Shown: piece after piece, positions 35,139 through 46,394 of the stretch
How positions within the stretch are numbered: position 1 is the stretch's first letter
Layout: each line of letters begins with the position of its first letter
Assembly (NCBI GenBank): GCA_010093995.1
Contig: ML992515.1
Location: 5,469-51,862 of the forward strand
Reading direction: 5' to 3'
Length of the DNA: 46,394 bases
From: Elsinoe ampelina
Lineage: Eukaryota
Position numbers and translations under genes: made by a program
Notes under the pieces: model-generated
What the model saw: the letters and a program-made list of their open reading frames with translations, nothing else
What the model was told of the DNA's origin: nothing
Database searches by the model: none

Positions 35139-38100
35139 TGTTACGAACCGTCTAAACATAGCCTATGCTAGTAGTCTAAGCTAAGCCAGGAACGAGGTAG
35201 TTCTACTTCTATAGTAGTATAGTACTAAGGTAAGAGTCGGAGAAGGTATGTCTTATAGATAATAAAGTACAATTAGATAGTATTATAAAGGCTAGCCTTA
35301 GTAATACTAGTGTTTGCTATCTAGACAAGGTTAACTATAGTACTTATATAAGGTAAGGACTATTCCTATATACATGTGTTCTCTATTGTGTTCTCTATAT
35401 ACTCTATATACTCCGTAGCGAGAGTTAGAGGTAATATAGAGTACACGTCCGCTAGTAACCTACGTACTTTATAGTTTTAGAGGTAGAGCCGCTAGAGAAG
35501 ATAGAGAACTAGGTAAATATTAGGCTAGGTTACGTAATAATCTCGGTAGCTTAATTAGTCCTAATATCTCTATATTCTAGCTATCTTACTAGTTTGTAAC
35601 ATTACTCTCCTTCTTTAATCGAGTTGTCCTAATAAGTAAGTATTCTTTCTTATCCTTACGCGCTATATACTAAATATGCCTTCTAGTTATTAAAGGTATA
35701 GCAAATCTAGTATATCTATACGAAAGAATCTCTTAGAGTTTATCGAACTATTCGGAACTAATATACTATAGACTTATTCTCGTTGCAAATTAAAGAGGCT
35801 AGACTATAAGGTCTATATTCGGTTAGATATCTATAGCTAGTATGTCGTAAGTAACTACTTAAGTTATAATATTTAAGTAACAAAATCGAAATAGTAGTAT
35901 CTTTAGTCTAAGTATATTCGTTTACGAAAGGAATTAGTTATAGCTAAGGCTACTAGAAGAGAAGCTAAAGAAGCTTATAAAAAGGCAAAAGAGGCTCGTT
36001 AAAGAGCTATAGGCAATAAGCTTTACCTATGTAAAGAGATATAAAAGTTAGAGAATAAGGCGGAGAAAGTAATCTCTCTAGAAGAGACCTATATTCGAGT
36101 CTTAGAGTAGGAGGAAATACTATTATTAGTAGATCCTATTCTACCGTAGGACTAGTAGTTATTTATACCCGACTCTAATTAGAGTTCCTTACTTAGTAAC
36201 GATTAAGGTGCTTCTATTAGTTAAGTAATCTTCCTTAGGTATTCTCGTTTTTGTTTAGTATTTAGAGTGCTAGGTCTATCTAGTTAGTTTACTTAGGATA
36301 GGTTCTTAATCTAGTAATCTAAAATTACTTACGAGGTAAGGTACTCCTCTAGTTCCTATATTACTTTACTATACTAATGTCCCTTCTAGTAAATAAGATA
36401 GTAGTGTTTTTCTTTTATAAGTTTATAACGTAAAACCCTTTCTATCTTATACTATAGCTCCTATGTTTCTTCCTCTAGTTCGATAGGTCTAGGTATAGTA
36501 TTCTATAGTGCTTTCTCTAGTAGTAATATATAAAAGACTAGATAAATCCTTATATGTCTTAGTAGTTCTAGTTTGTATATGTTCTTGTTTTTCTTTTCTA
36601 GGATCTTAAAGAGTCCTAGTTTAGTGTAGTTAAGTTTCTTACTTAGTTGTTTCGTTTTAATATTTTTACTAAGGAGGTAAACTTTCTCTCTCTCCTATAG
36701 AATTAGTCCTATAATTCTCTTCCGGTTAGTAAACTCTACTATTCTTTATAATATAAATGCTATATTATAGTATAGCTAGTTATATAGTTTCTTAATATTA
36801 GCTACTAGTATATTAGTATCCTTAGATACTAGCTTAATTCTAAGTATATCATAGTATAGATCTAGGTATATTCTATAGTTTATATAGAATAGTAAAATTC
36901 TATTTGCTAACTTTCTATTGTTAACGGCAAGCTCTACGAGTAGTAATAGTGTCGCCTATAAGTCTTGCTTATAGTTTAGGTAGCATCGTAGGTACTACTC
37001 TAGTACTTAATTTGCCTATTTAGTTTATTCGTCCGTTTATAGGTAAAAGGAGGTTAATAGCTTATATTTAACTCCTAGTAGATCTATAAATAATTACTAG
37101 AATTATAATATAAATAGCTTATCCCTATTAGTTATTAGGTCTTATAGTACTTTATATTATAAAATAATTATTTAGAGGAAGGTAAAGGCTATATCCTCGG
37201 TAGTTACTATTGTCTTATATAGGATAAAGTAGTAATACTTTGTAAACCTATCTACTAGAACTAGAATACTATTGTACTTTATACCTGTAAGAGGTTCTTC
37301 TAATAGTAGTAGAGGTTCTATAAAGTCTATCGTAACTAATTGCTATAGTTTGTCTAGTAGTAGTAAGAGTTATAGTAGGCTATATAGTCTATGTCGAGAG
37401 TGCTTAGACTTATAGTATATATCGTAGGTAGCGATATACGTCTTAACATTATTTCGGAGTTCTTTCTAGAGGTAGTTTTATATAATAAGTTCGATAGTCT
37501 TATTAATCCTACTATGTCTCGCTATTAGGTTATTATAGTATATTTAAATAACTTCTTTCTTTCGTTCTTATATAAGCTCCTAGGTAAGGCTATATAACTA
37601 CTCTACCTTTAGGTGCTTATAGACTAGAGCGCTATTCTACTACTTTAGTATAGAGGCCTCTATTATTGTTATGTTTTTTAAGTAATCTAGCTAGTAGCTA
37701 AGAGTGTCTACTCTACTATTCTCTAATCCCTTAATATAGTAGATCTAGAAGTTATAGCTTATAAGTGTTTCTAACTATTAAACCTATTGTCTATTAAGAA
37801 CCTTAGTTATTATCTAATATAGAAGGTTCTTATAGTCGGTATAGACTTATATAGGTAAGGTTATCTCTTCTAGGTATACTCTCTATTCGTAGAACACTTC
37901 TATAATTACAAGTAATTCTTTGTTATATATATCGTAGTTAAGTTTAGGTCCGGTCATTTTTCGTAAGTAGTATATAATCGAGTAGCGTTGTCCTTCTATA
38001 CTCTTCTATACTAGATACGCTTCTATCGCAAAGTCCGAGGCATCTATTTCTAGTAGTGCTTATCGGTCTAGGTTAAAGAGTACTAGGACAAGTACTATTA

Positions 38101-41100
38101 TAAGTCTAAGCTTTAGCTTCTTAAAGGCCTACCTACACCTCTTGTCGAAGATAAAGCTAGTTTCCTTTTTCGTAAGGTTAGATATTAGCGTAGCTACCTT
38201 AGAGAATCCTTTAATAAACTTATAGTAGTAGTTAAAGAACTTTAGTAGCGCTTAAATCTCCTTAACTGTTATAGGTTCTAGCTAGTTGTTTACTAACTTA
38301 ATCTTCTTTAGATTAAGTCTAATGCTATTAGTAGATATAATATAGCTTAGAAATTATATCTTATGTTTATAGAACTTATACTTAGAGAGTTTTACTAGTA
38401 GGTCTTTTTCTTTTAGTTTCTATAGTACTTTACAAATATGTCCTACATGTTTATTATACGTCTTTAAGAAGATAATAATATTATCTAAATATACTAAGAC
38501 AAAATTATTAAGGTATTCTTATAGAGTATTATTAATTAACTCTTAGAAGGTTATAGGAGCGTTAGTTAACCTAAAGAGTATAACGAGGTACTTATATAGA
38601 CTCTATTACGTCCTAAAAGCTATCTTCTACTCCTTACTCTCCTTTATTTATACTTAATAATAGGCGTCCCTAATGTTAATTATAGTAAACTATTTAGCTC
38701 TAAGTAGTTAGTCTTAAAGCTTGTTAATCCTTAGTAGAGGATAGCGATTCTTCCTAGTAAGTGTATTAAGTTTCTAGTAATTAATGTATATTTATAATAT
38801 TCTATTCTTTTTTAGTATAAAAAGCACTCTATATGCAATAGGTAATTTTAATAGTCGTATAAATCCTTTAAGTAAGTACTTATCGATGTAGTTCTTAAGG
38901 ACATTCTTCTCTTATTTTAATAGTGGTATAAGACCTTAATAGTATATTAGGGATTTACCTTCTTCGAAAGGTATTTTGTAATTCTATAGTTTATGTTAGA
39001 GTAAGGCTATAATGCCTTCTCTTTCTTTAAATAAGTCCTTAAAGTCTTTATATTCCGGCGGAAGTGCTTAATTACTTACGCTAGTAATAGCTCTAACTAT
39101 TAGTCGTACCTATACTGTCCTTATAGTTAGTATCTATAGAGCTAATTATGCTCTCTACGTCTTATAATTATACTTAGGGAATTCGAGTGTTTCTTTAATC
39201 TAGTCTACGTCTAGATTGTATTATTAAAGCTAGTCTATACTAAGTACTATATTATACTATATGTTAACTATATTAATTAATTGTTTTTTTTGTATATGTT
39301 TTAATTTAGATTATAACGTTTTATAGTTCCTAAGTAACTTTCTTATTCTTCCCTATAGAGGTTCTATCCGCTATAGTAAGTAGGTAAGGTAACTCCTTCT
39401 AGTGTTAATAAGGTTTAAGCTAATTAGTAACTATTATAGAGACGTAGCTACAGTTAGCTCCCAAATCTATTATTACTCTTACCTTACTCCCTTATATTTT
39501 AACTTCTAGTATAAAGTAGTTTAACATATAGATCTTTATTATATTAAGGCTTTAGCTAGTGTTATTGTCTTACCTTATTAGGCGACAACTAGCTAGTTTT
39601 TTGTTATTATAGCTTCTTAGATAAGTAGCTAATCCCTTCCTACACGTATCTACTATTAGTACTATATCTATTAGATAAGTTATGTTTTGTCGCTATTTAA
39701 TATAGTAAGGTAAACTTCTAGCGCCTAAGTCCCTTAGTAACTATAAAGTCTAATAATTCTCTACTAGTTATACTAAGTAGTATTATATACTTATATAGGT
39801 ATAACTATTCCTTCTAGGTGTAGCTAGGTATTAGCATTAAAGACAAAAACAAGTTATATAGATTCGTCTTGTCGCGTTCTATTCTAGTAGTAGGTATATA
39901 TTATTATATAATTCCTCTATATCCCTATAAGGTATACTTTAAGTCGTTCGCCTAATAGTAGTATATCGTCGTTGTTGTTGTTAGATAAGTTCTTATCTAT
40001 GTTATTATATTATAGTTATTCGGTGTATTCTTCGTTATATTTCTCTTCGTTGCTACTACCCCTAGTATAGTTATAGTTAGTAAGGCTATACTAAGTATAT
40101 TCTTTTACTTAGCTATAGGGAATAGTACTACCTATCTCGATTACTAAGAAGTCCGTAGTGTATTTAAGACTAATAGCGTCTTCTTTAAGCACATTATATA
40201 AGTAGATAGTATAGTACTATTTATAATTTAGATTTATATATTTCTAGAGTAATATATAATACGCCTTTCCTTGTAGTTTGCTATAAGAGCTAAAGGTAAG
40301 GCTACTATATTGTCGCGTAGTACTTATATCTTAATACTTTATCTTAATAATTATATATTAGTAATTGTTACTAACTACCTTCTAAGGTTAGTTAATGTTA
40401 CTACTAATTATAGAGAGCCTTTCTAGGTTAAGCCTCTAGTCTAGCTATTTTGTTAGTTGCCTACGCTTAGATAGCTTATATAGGAACTAACTAGATCTTT
40501 ACTTGTCTAATAAGTAAATATAATAAGAGTTATTATAACATGCTATCTATAATAGCGTTATGTATTAGCTTTGTTGTTCGCTATTAGTTATAGAGATATT
40601 AAGCGTAACATCTAGAGAGAATTCTATTACCTCTTAAGTCGTTATAGATCTCTTTTGTATTTCCTTACCTACGCTAAAGGTCGTTAGGTCTTCTATAGTA
40701 GTATTAGCCTTTTTTTCTACTAGCCTAGCAACTATCATGTATAATCTATTAGCTAGCGCCTCTTGTCGGTAGTCTCTAGCCCGATGCCTAGGTCTTTTAT
40801 ACTTAAAATATAAGTTATTTTGTCTATACTTCTCTCTCTCTTTTCTACTAAGGAACTTTCCTTTACGACTATAGCCTCGTACCTATAAGAGGCAGCCTTC
40901 GTGTATAGCATTAAGTTCTATAGAGTCTCTATAGTTTCGAGAGAAATGCGTATATCTAGTATTTATCTTATATCCCCTATAACGTTCTATGTGTCGTTTG
41001 TAAAGTCTGTTATTAATAGTAATTATAGTGTCTACTAGTTCCTAAAGGCTATTAGGTAGCTCGGGTATTATTTAGTCTTTAACCGAGTCGCTTAGTCCTT

Positions 41101-42156
41101 AATAGAATACTAAGTGTTTAGCACTATTATCCTAGTCTAGGTATATTATAAGTTGTTAGAACTAGGAATAGTATTAGGCTATAGACCTACGTTGTTATAA
41201 TTATTAGATCTTTATCATAGCGACGTGTTCCTCGTTAGATACGTTAAAGACTTACTTAATCTTTGCCTAGAAGATGCTAAAGCTCTTAAAGATAGCCTTT
41301 GTATCTAGGCCTAGTTATCTATCTAGGTAGCTACTTATATAAGGCTCGAACTACTTAAAGGCGGCGCTCTTAAGGTATATCCCGGCATAGAAGACCTTTA
41401 CCGCGTCGTTATTATACTTATCTCTCTCTAGAGTAAAGAAGGCTTTAAGTTAAACAAGGAAGCGCCTTAAGTAGGCATAGTCCCTATAGAAGAGTTCTAC
41501 CTCTAACTTAGGCCTACTCTGTTCTTCTATACTAAAAGACTTTCTATGTTTGCCCGAGGTTAAACTAGTAGTAGACATATTATTAATAGTAAGCTTTCCT
41601 AGCTTGCTAGCGATTAAAGATGCTAATAGTAACTTAGAGCAAGAGTTACTTATTAACCTCGTAGCGTGCTATACTATAGCAAGGGTAGTTAAAATGTTAA
41701 AACCGTCTAAACATAGCTTATACTAGTAGTCTAAGCTAAGCTAGGAACGAGGTAGTTCTACTTCTATAGTAGTATAGCACTAAGGTAAGAGTTAGAGAAG
41801 GTATATCTTATAGATAATAAAGTACAATTAGATAGTATTATAAAGGCTAGCCTTAGTAATACTAGTGTTTACTATCTAGACAAAGTTAACTATAGTACTT
41901 ATATAAGGTAAGGACTATTCCTATATATATATGTTCTTTATTGTGTTCTCTATATACTCTATATACTCTATAGTAAGAGTTAGGGGTAATATAGAGTACA
42001 CGTCCGCTAGTAACCTACGTGCTCTATAGTTTTAGGGGTAGAGCTACTAGAGAAGATAGAGAACTAGGTAAATATCGAGCTAAGTTACGTAATAATCTTA
42101 GTAGCTTAATTAGTCCTAACATCTCTACATTCTAGCTGTCCTACTAGTTCGTAACA
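35139..42156 (-). mobile_element. Complete second copy of the element A family, element B (7018 bp), inverted, inserted in element C pol
   Basis: LTRs at 35139-35601 (3') and 41695-42156 (5'), TSD CTAGT (35134-35138 and 42157-42161). Reverse-complement colinear with A but with different RIP mutations. Confidence 0.95.
35676..36225 (+). pseudogene. Antisense Cys-cluster/coiled-coil ORF of element B; end approximate
   Basis: ATG at 35676. Retains an unmutated TGC (tct cgt tgc aaa = SRCK) where copy A has TAC. Confidence 0.6.
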
Positions 42157-44650
42157 CTAGTACGCTCTATTATAGTTATATAGGTATAGGACTCTAAGTT
42201 AGGTATTTACTAGTATTATAATAAATATATTAGTGTCGTTACGTACCTATATACCTTCTAGGTTTACGTTAGCGATGTATATATAGGTTATAGCTCTAGC
42301 TAAGGGGTTATAGTTAGATTTCCCAAATCTGTACTAGTTTAGAATAAGCTTAAGGTTGCCTTAGTTAGTTCCCTAGGAAATTTAGTTAAGAGCGCTATAG
42401 TTGTCCTAGGAGATTTATACGTAAGCTATAGTTCTTAGGGGTAGTTTAACTACCTTTCTAGCTCTTAATAGCATCGGGAGTTTCTTTAGTTACTTATAGT
42501 CCACCTAAATAGCTATAAGCTAACTATCTACCTTAGGCACCGAGAGAGTTTAATCTTATATATTAATTGTTAAGCTAAGTAGTTTAATAATATCTATTCC
42601 TACTAGGATTCCTAGGAGAAGATTTAGTATTACTAGGTATAGTATTATAGTTTATAGACTATAACGAAGATTGTTTCTCTAACTAAGAAGAAAAAGAGAA
42701 ACTATAATAAAATATTTAGCTACTCTTATACCTACTACTCCCTTAACTTCTAATAGTTATTAAAGTAGTTATAAGGCTAGCCTAAGAAGCTTTACTAGGT
42801 CCTCGTCGATATAGAATCCTAAGGCTTCTATATCGAGGTAAACTAGATACTCTTCTTCTTATTTAGAGAACTTAACTAAGGCCCGGAGATAGTACTAACT
42901 ACGAAAGCTATAACTAGTAACGTCCTACCGGTCTTAAAGTTTAATAATTAGCTCTTTATTTATATCTCCTTAGAGTTACTATCTAATTGCGTAACGTAGT
43001 TGCTTTAGTAGTTACTTATATTTCTTCTAGTAGAGCTATATAGTAATTTCTTATAGTCTAACGTTAGTATCTATATTCGCTAGAACGTCTAGTAGCTTCT
43101 ACTTAGAGAACTAGGTAGTTATACTTTCTACTAGAGTAATATTATAACCGAAACACTATTTATTAATCTTATGCTTATACTAAGGATAGCTACTAGCCTT
43201 GTTATAGTTAATAAACTTCTAGCTTCTCGGTCCTCTAGATCTATTATTTAGCCTATACTTATTCTCCTAACTATAGTCGACCTATTCCGGATTAGCTATG
43301 CCCTCTCTATCTATACTATAGTTAATTACTTGTCCCTCGAAATAGGCTAGAGTTAGGCCTAGCTAGTAATCGACTACTAGTCTCGGACTAATTATATTAT
43401 TAGTAGAAGTTAGCCTACCTACTTCTAGCTCTATTTTTAACGCTATGTCCTACGTGTCTACTAGGTTAGTATACTAACGCCTATAGTTCGAGTTATAGGC
43501 TATAGAGTTATTATTAAGGCTATTCCTAGGGTAGGTTGTCTAGCTTACTAGTAGTAGACTATAGAATTGTTAGCTAGGGTTTAAAGAGCCTTAGTTAGGT
43601 CCGTTAGGCCCTTAGCTACTTCTTAGGCCTTAGTTGCCCTAGTTCGAATATCTCTAACTATAGTTATTCTAGTTAGAAGACTACCTCGAAGTATTTCTAC
43701 TTCTATTAGACTAGAATTAGCAAGAGGCGTAGGCGTTGTTCTAGAATCTATTCTACTAGTTATATAGTATATAAGGTAACTTAGAGGTATAGTTACCTCT
43801 ACTATAATTATTACTATTATAACTATTGTAGTTACTAGAATTATTACTCTTGCTAGTATTATTATAGGTACTACTATTGTTAGGCCTATATAGCTAATAA
43901 TACTAGTTATTATTAGAAATAAATAGAGGGCGACCTTACTAGTAGTTAGGTCTAAACTATTGTCCGGGTCTAGTATATCTAGTAAGGTGCTAAGAGTTAC
44001 TCTTAGACTTACTAATAGTGCGCTAGGTTAGAAGAATAGATTCTATCTTTCTTATAAAGGCGTTAATAGTTGTCTTATAGTTAGGACGAGTAATATAGAG
44101 CTAGAGGTTAGAATCTAGTCTAAACTAAGCTTAAAGAAGTGCTGTCTTATTTAACTCTATACTAGTATCCCTTATAAGGCTAACTACTATATAAACATAG
44201 TTAGCTAGGTCCTTATAGTTATTAACCTACGCTATACCGAACCTCTCCTTTATTAATAGCTCGTAGGTAGTACTAGAATCTATCTTAAATTTAGTTATAA
44301 GGAGGTTATACTAACGTTTAATACTATAGCCCTTACGTACTTACCTATAGTTACTCTTAGAAAGCTCGTTAATAAACTAAGTATAAGCTTAGTCTTAGAA
44401 GTAATAGTTAAGCTAGTACCTAACTAAGTAAGAGTTGTTATACTTAATAAAATTCTTAACTATATCTATAAAGCTATAAACATTTATAAAAACCGTAGCA
44501 TTATTAGTAGTTATAACTAGATTCTAGTCTATAGATTATATATTAGAGTTAAAGTATTTAATTTCTATAGTAATAAATTTATAAGAGTAGTGTCTATAAG
44601 TTATAAATTAGTTATCTTCTTTATTCGTTAACGAGTTATTATCTAAATTA
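42157..44650 (-). pseudogene. Element C gag and protease region; boundaries approximate
   Basis: De-RIP readings: VCLDTGASGFYID ~42805-42845, ILVGTDII ~42590-42612, EIGYFDP ~44545-44565, CFQGQAHAWFINELS...W..LL.AKFK ~44285-44405. Confidence 0.75.
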
Positions 44651-46394
44651 TCTAGATAATAGTCGAGGCAATTCTACCTACTATAGTTAGTGTTATAATA
44701 GTTATAGTAGCCTTCTCTTTAGTCACGGTTGTTGCTATAATACTCTCTATAGTTATTACGCTATTCTCTACTATGCCTATTATCTCTAGGGAGCGATAGT
44801 AGTAGAACTAAGGGATAGGTATAGTTATTTAGAGGTATCTCTACTCCGGTGTAGTTGCGGTAGAAGTTAACTACCTCCTCTTCGGAGTTAGTATAGTATA
44901 TACTAGCTAGATATTAAGTATTAACGTTATAGTATACTAAGTAGTTACCTTAGGCTCGTTGTTGTTTATTCTTCCTCTTATAATAGCCGTCGTAATAGAA
45001 GCAATCTAACTCTCTATAGCGCTAGTCTATTAGTTAGTATAAGTTATAAGCTTAGTTCTACTTAGTGTTTTCCTTATAGCGGCGTTAATTATTATAGTTA
45101 TAGTTATCTACGTAGCTATAGTCGTTCTAGTCTAAACAGTATTAGTCGATATAATTGTTATAGAGTAGGGGACAATCGTTCTCTCCGTTGTTGTTGTCTA
45201 GAGTAGAAGCTTTACTAGTATAGACTCGGAGTTAATCTTATACTAGTTAATCTTAGCTAGATTAGTTAGTTAGTTCTTGCTATACCTAGGCGTCCTAGGA
45301 AAGTAGGCTAGCTACTACGAGGCGTTTAGAGTGCCTATTGCATTATTACTATTAAGTAGTAAGTGCCTCTACTATAGCTTAATAGTGTTTATTCTTAACT
45401 ATCCTCGAAGTAAAACCTTAAAGAGTATTAAGTTAAGCTTATATTATTATAGAAAAAGCTTACCTTAAGATAGTAGAGAGTTCTTCTATAGCTACTTATC
45501 GAAACTCTAGAGGAGGCTTAACTAATAGAGGAGGCTCTAGTGTACGTTATTAGGCTCGAGGGAAGAATATAATAAGGTTATCTTCCTCTAGAACTATATA
45601 TACTAATCTCTAGGAGATAGTCCTTTAATAGCTAATTCTATATTAGCGCCCTAGATAGTTAAGATTAGAGGCTATTTCGTTGGAGTAGTTATCTCTTAAC
45701 TATTGCTCTCTAATTTTAGCTTCTAGAGGTTATTTAACTATCTAGGTTACTATAGGTAAAGCTTATAACATAGCCCGAGATAGAGTAACTATCTCGGTGT
45801 ACTATTCGCTTATAACACTTAAGTGTCTAGTTAGATTGTCTAGAATATATATAACTATATTGTCGAGTTACTCGGGTGTTACTATTAGCATAGAAAAGTT
45901 ACTTATAGAACGTCTAGAGGCTCTAGGGGTTAATTAGGGATATTCCTCTAGGACTAGAGTATATAGAACTAATTCCTATAGCTCCTCCCTTACTAGTGTA
46001 TATAGAATAGCTAAGCGTCTTTAAAAAGGTTATAGTGTCTCTAGACAAGACTCTAGTTACTTCGGTCGTTGCCCTTAACTATTGTCGGTATAGGCTTCTT
46101 AAGGAGTATCTACTAGTCTTACTGCCGACTATAGAGGCTAAGACTATACTCGAGAGCCTTTGCTATTTATACTTAGAGTATATAGTTAAGTTAGGGGTTC
46201 TATTAGTAAAATACTATCTAAGCTTTAAAGTTAGTTAATATAAGCTATAGCCTATGCTCTATACGTACGAATAGCTACGTTTAACAATAATCCGTAATAT
46301 AACTAGCCTTCTAGGTAGCCTAATAGATATTAGTTATAAAGATAAGTATAACTCTATATATTTCCTTCGACTACTATTAGGTGCTATTTAATAA

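Larger units (their letters stand above)
29407..35398. repeat. Apparently identical 2991-bp direct duplication flanking a 10-N gap (32398-32407); probable unmerged contig overlap
   Basis: 29407-32397 matches 32408-35398 at a constant offset of 3001, including RIP mutations and element junctions, wherever compared by eye. Confidence 0.92.
16616..46394 (-). mobile_element. Long Ty3/Gypsy chromodomain retrotransposon, element C (host of D and B; 5' LTR not in the window; left boundary tentative)
   Basis: Gag (~44100-44600), protease (~42830), RT/RH/IN zinc finger (29961-32137) and IN core/chromodomain (22502-23688) become contiguous once D, B and the gap duplication are removed. The candidate 3' LTR is at 16616-16756. 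Confidence 0.75.

Noticed and set aside
1..46394. Alternative genetic code, organellar origin or CRISPR array as explanations for the AT richness, stops and repeats
   Set aside because: Stops fall at Trp/Gln positions and differ between copies as C>T/G>A transitions, which is the RIP signature. No repeat-spacer array is present.

Overview
This is eukaryotic DNA from a filamentous ascomycete. About 95% of it is nested transposon relics degraded by repeat-induced point mutation (RIP): very high TpA, depleted CpA/TpG, and Trp/Gln codons read as TAG/TAA. From left to right: (i) 1-6067 is a Russian-doll stack of four Fot1/pogo-type (Tc1/mariner, DDE_1) DNA transposons. (ii) 6068-~8100 is the only RIP-free, GC-balanced island. 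It holds one spliced minus-strand gene of unknown function with an apparent +1 frameshift, and its frame stops exactly at a transposon terminus. (iii) A Ty1/Copia relic starts at ~8104 and is interrupted by a complete 7018-bp chromodomain Ty3/Gypsy element (A, 9415-16432, TSD GTAGG). (iv) A very long minus-strand chromodomain Gypsy (C, ~16616 to beyond the window end) appears to carry ~5.7 kb of extra coding-like DNA between pol and its putative 3' LTR. C is interrupted by a complete 6272-bp Gypsy (D, 23689-29960, TSD TCTAA) and a second, inverted copy of A (B, 35139-42156, TSD CTAGT). The 3-kb duplication around the N-gap (29407-32397 and 32408-35398) is most likely an assembly artefact. Protein calls inside repeats come from manual translation with RIP changes reversed by eye and need HMM confirmation. 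No rRNA, tRNA or CRISPR array was seen.
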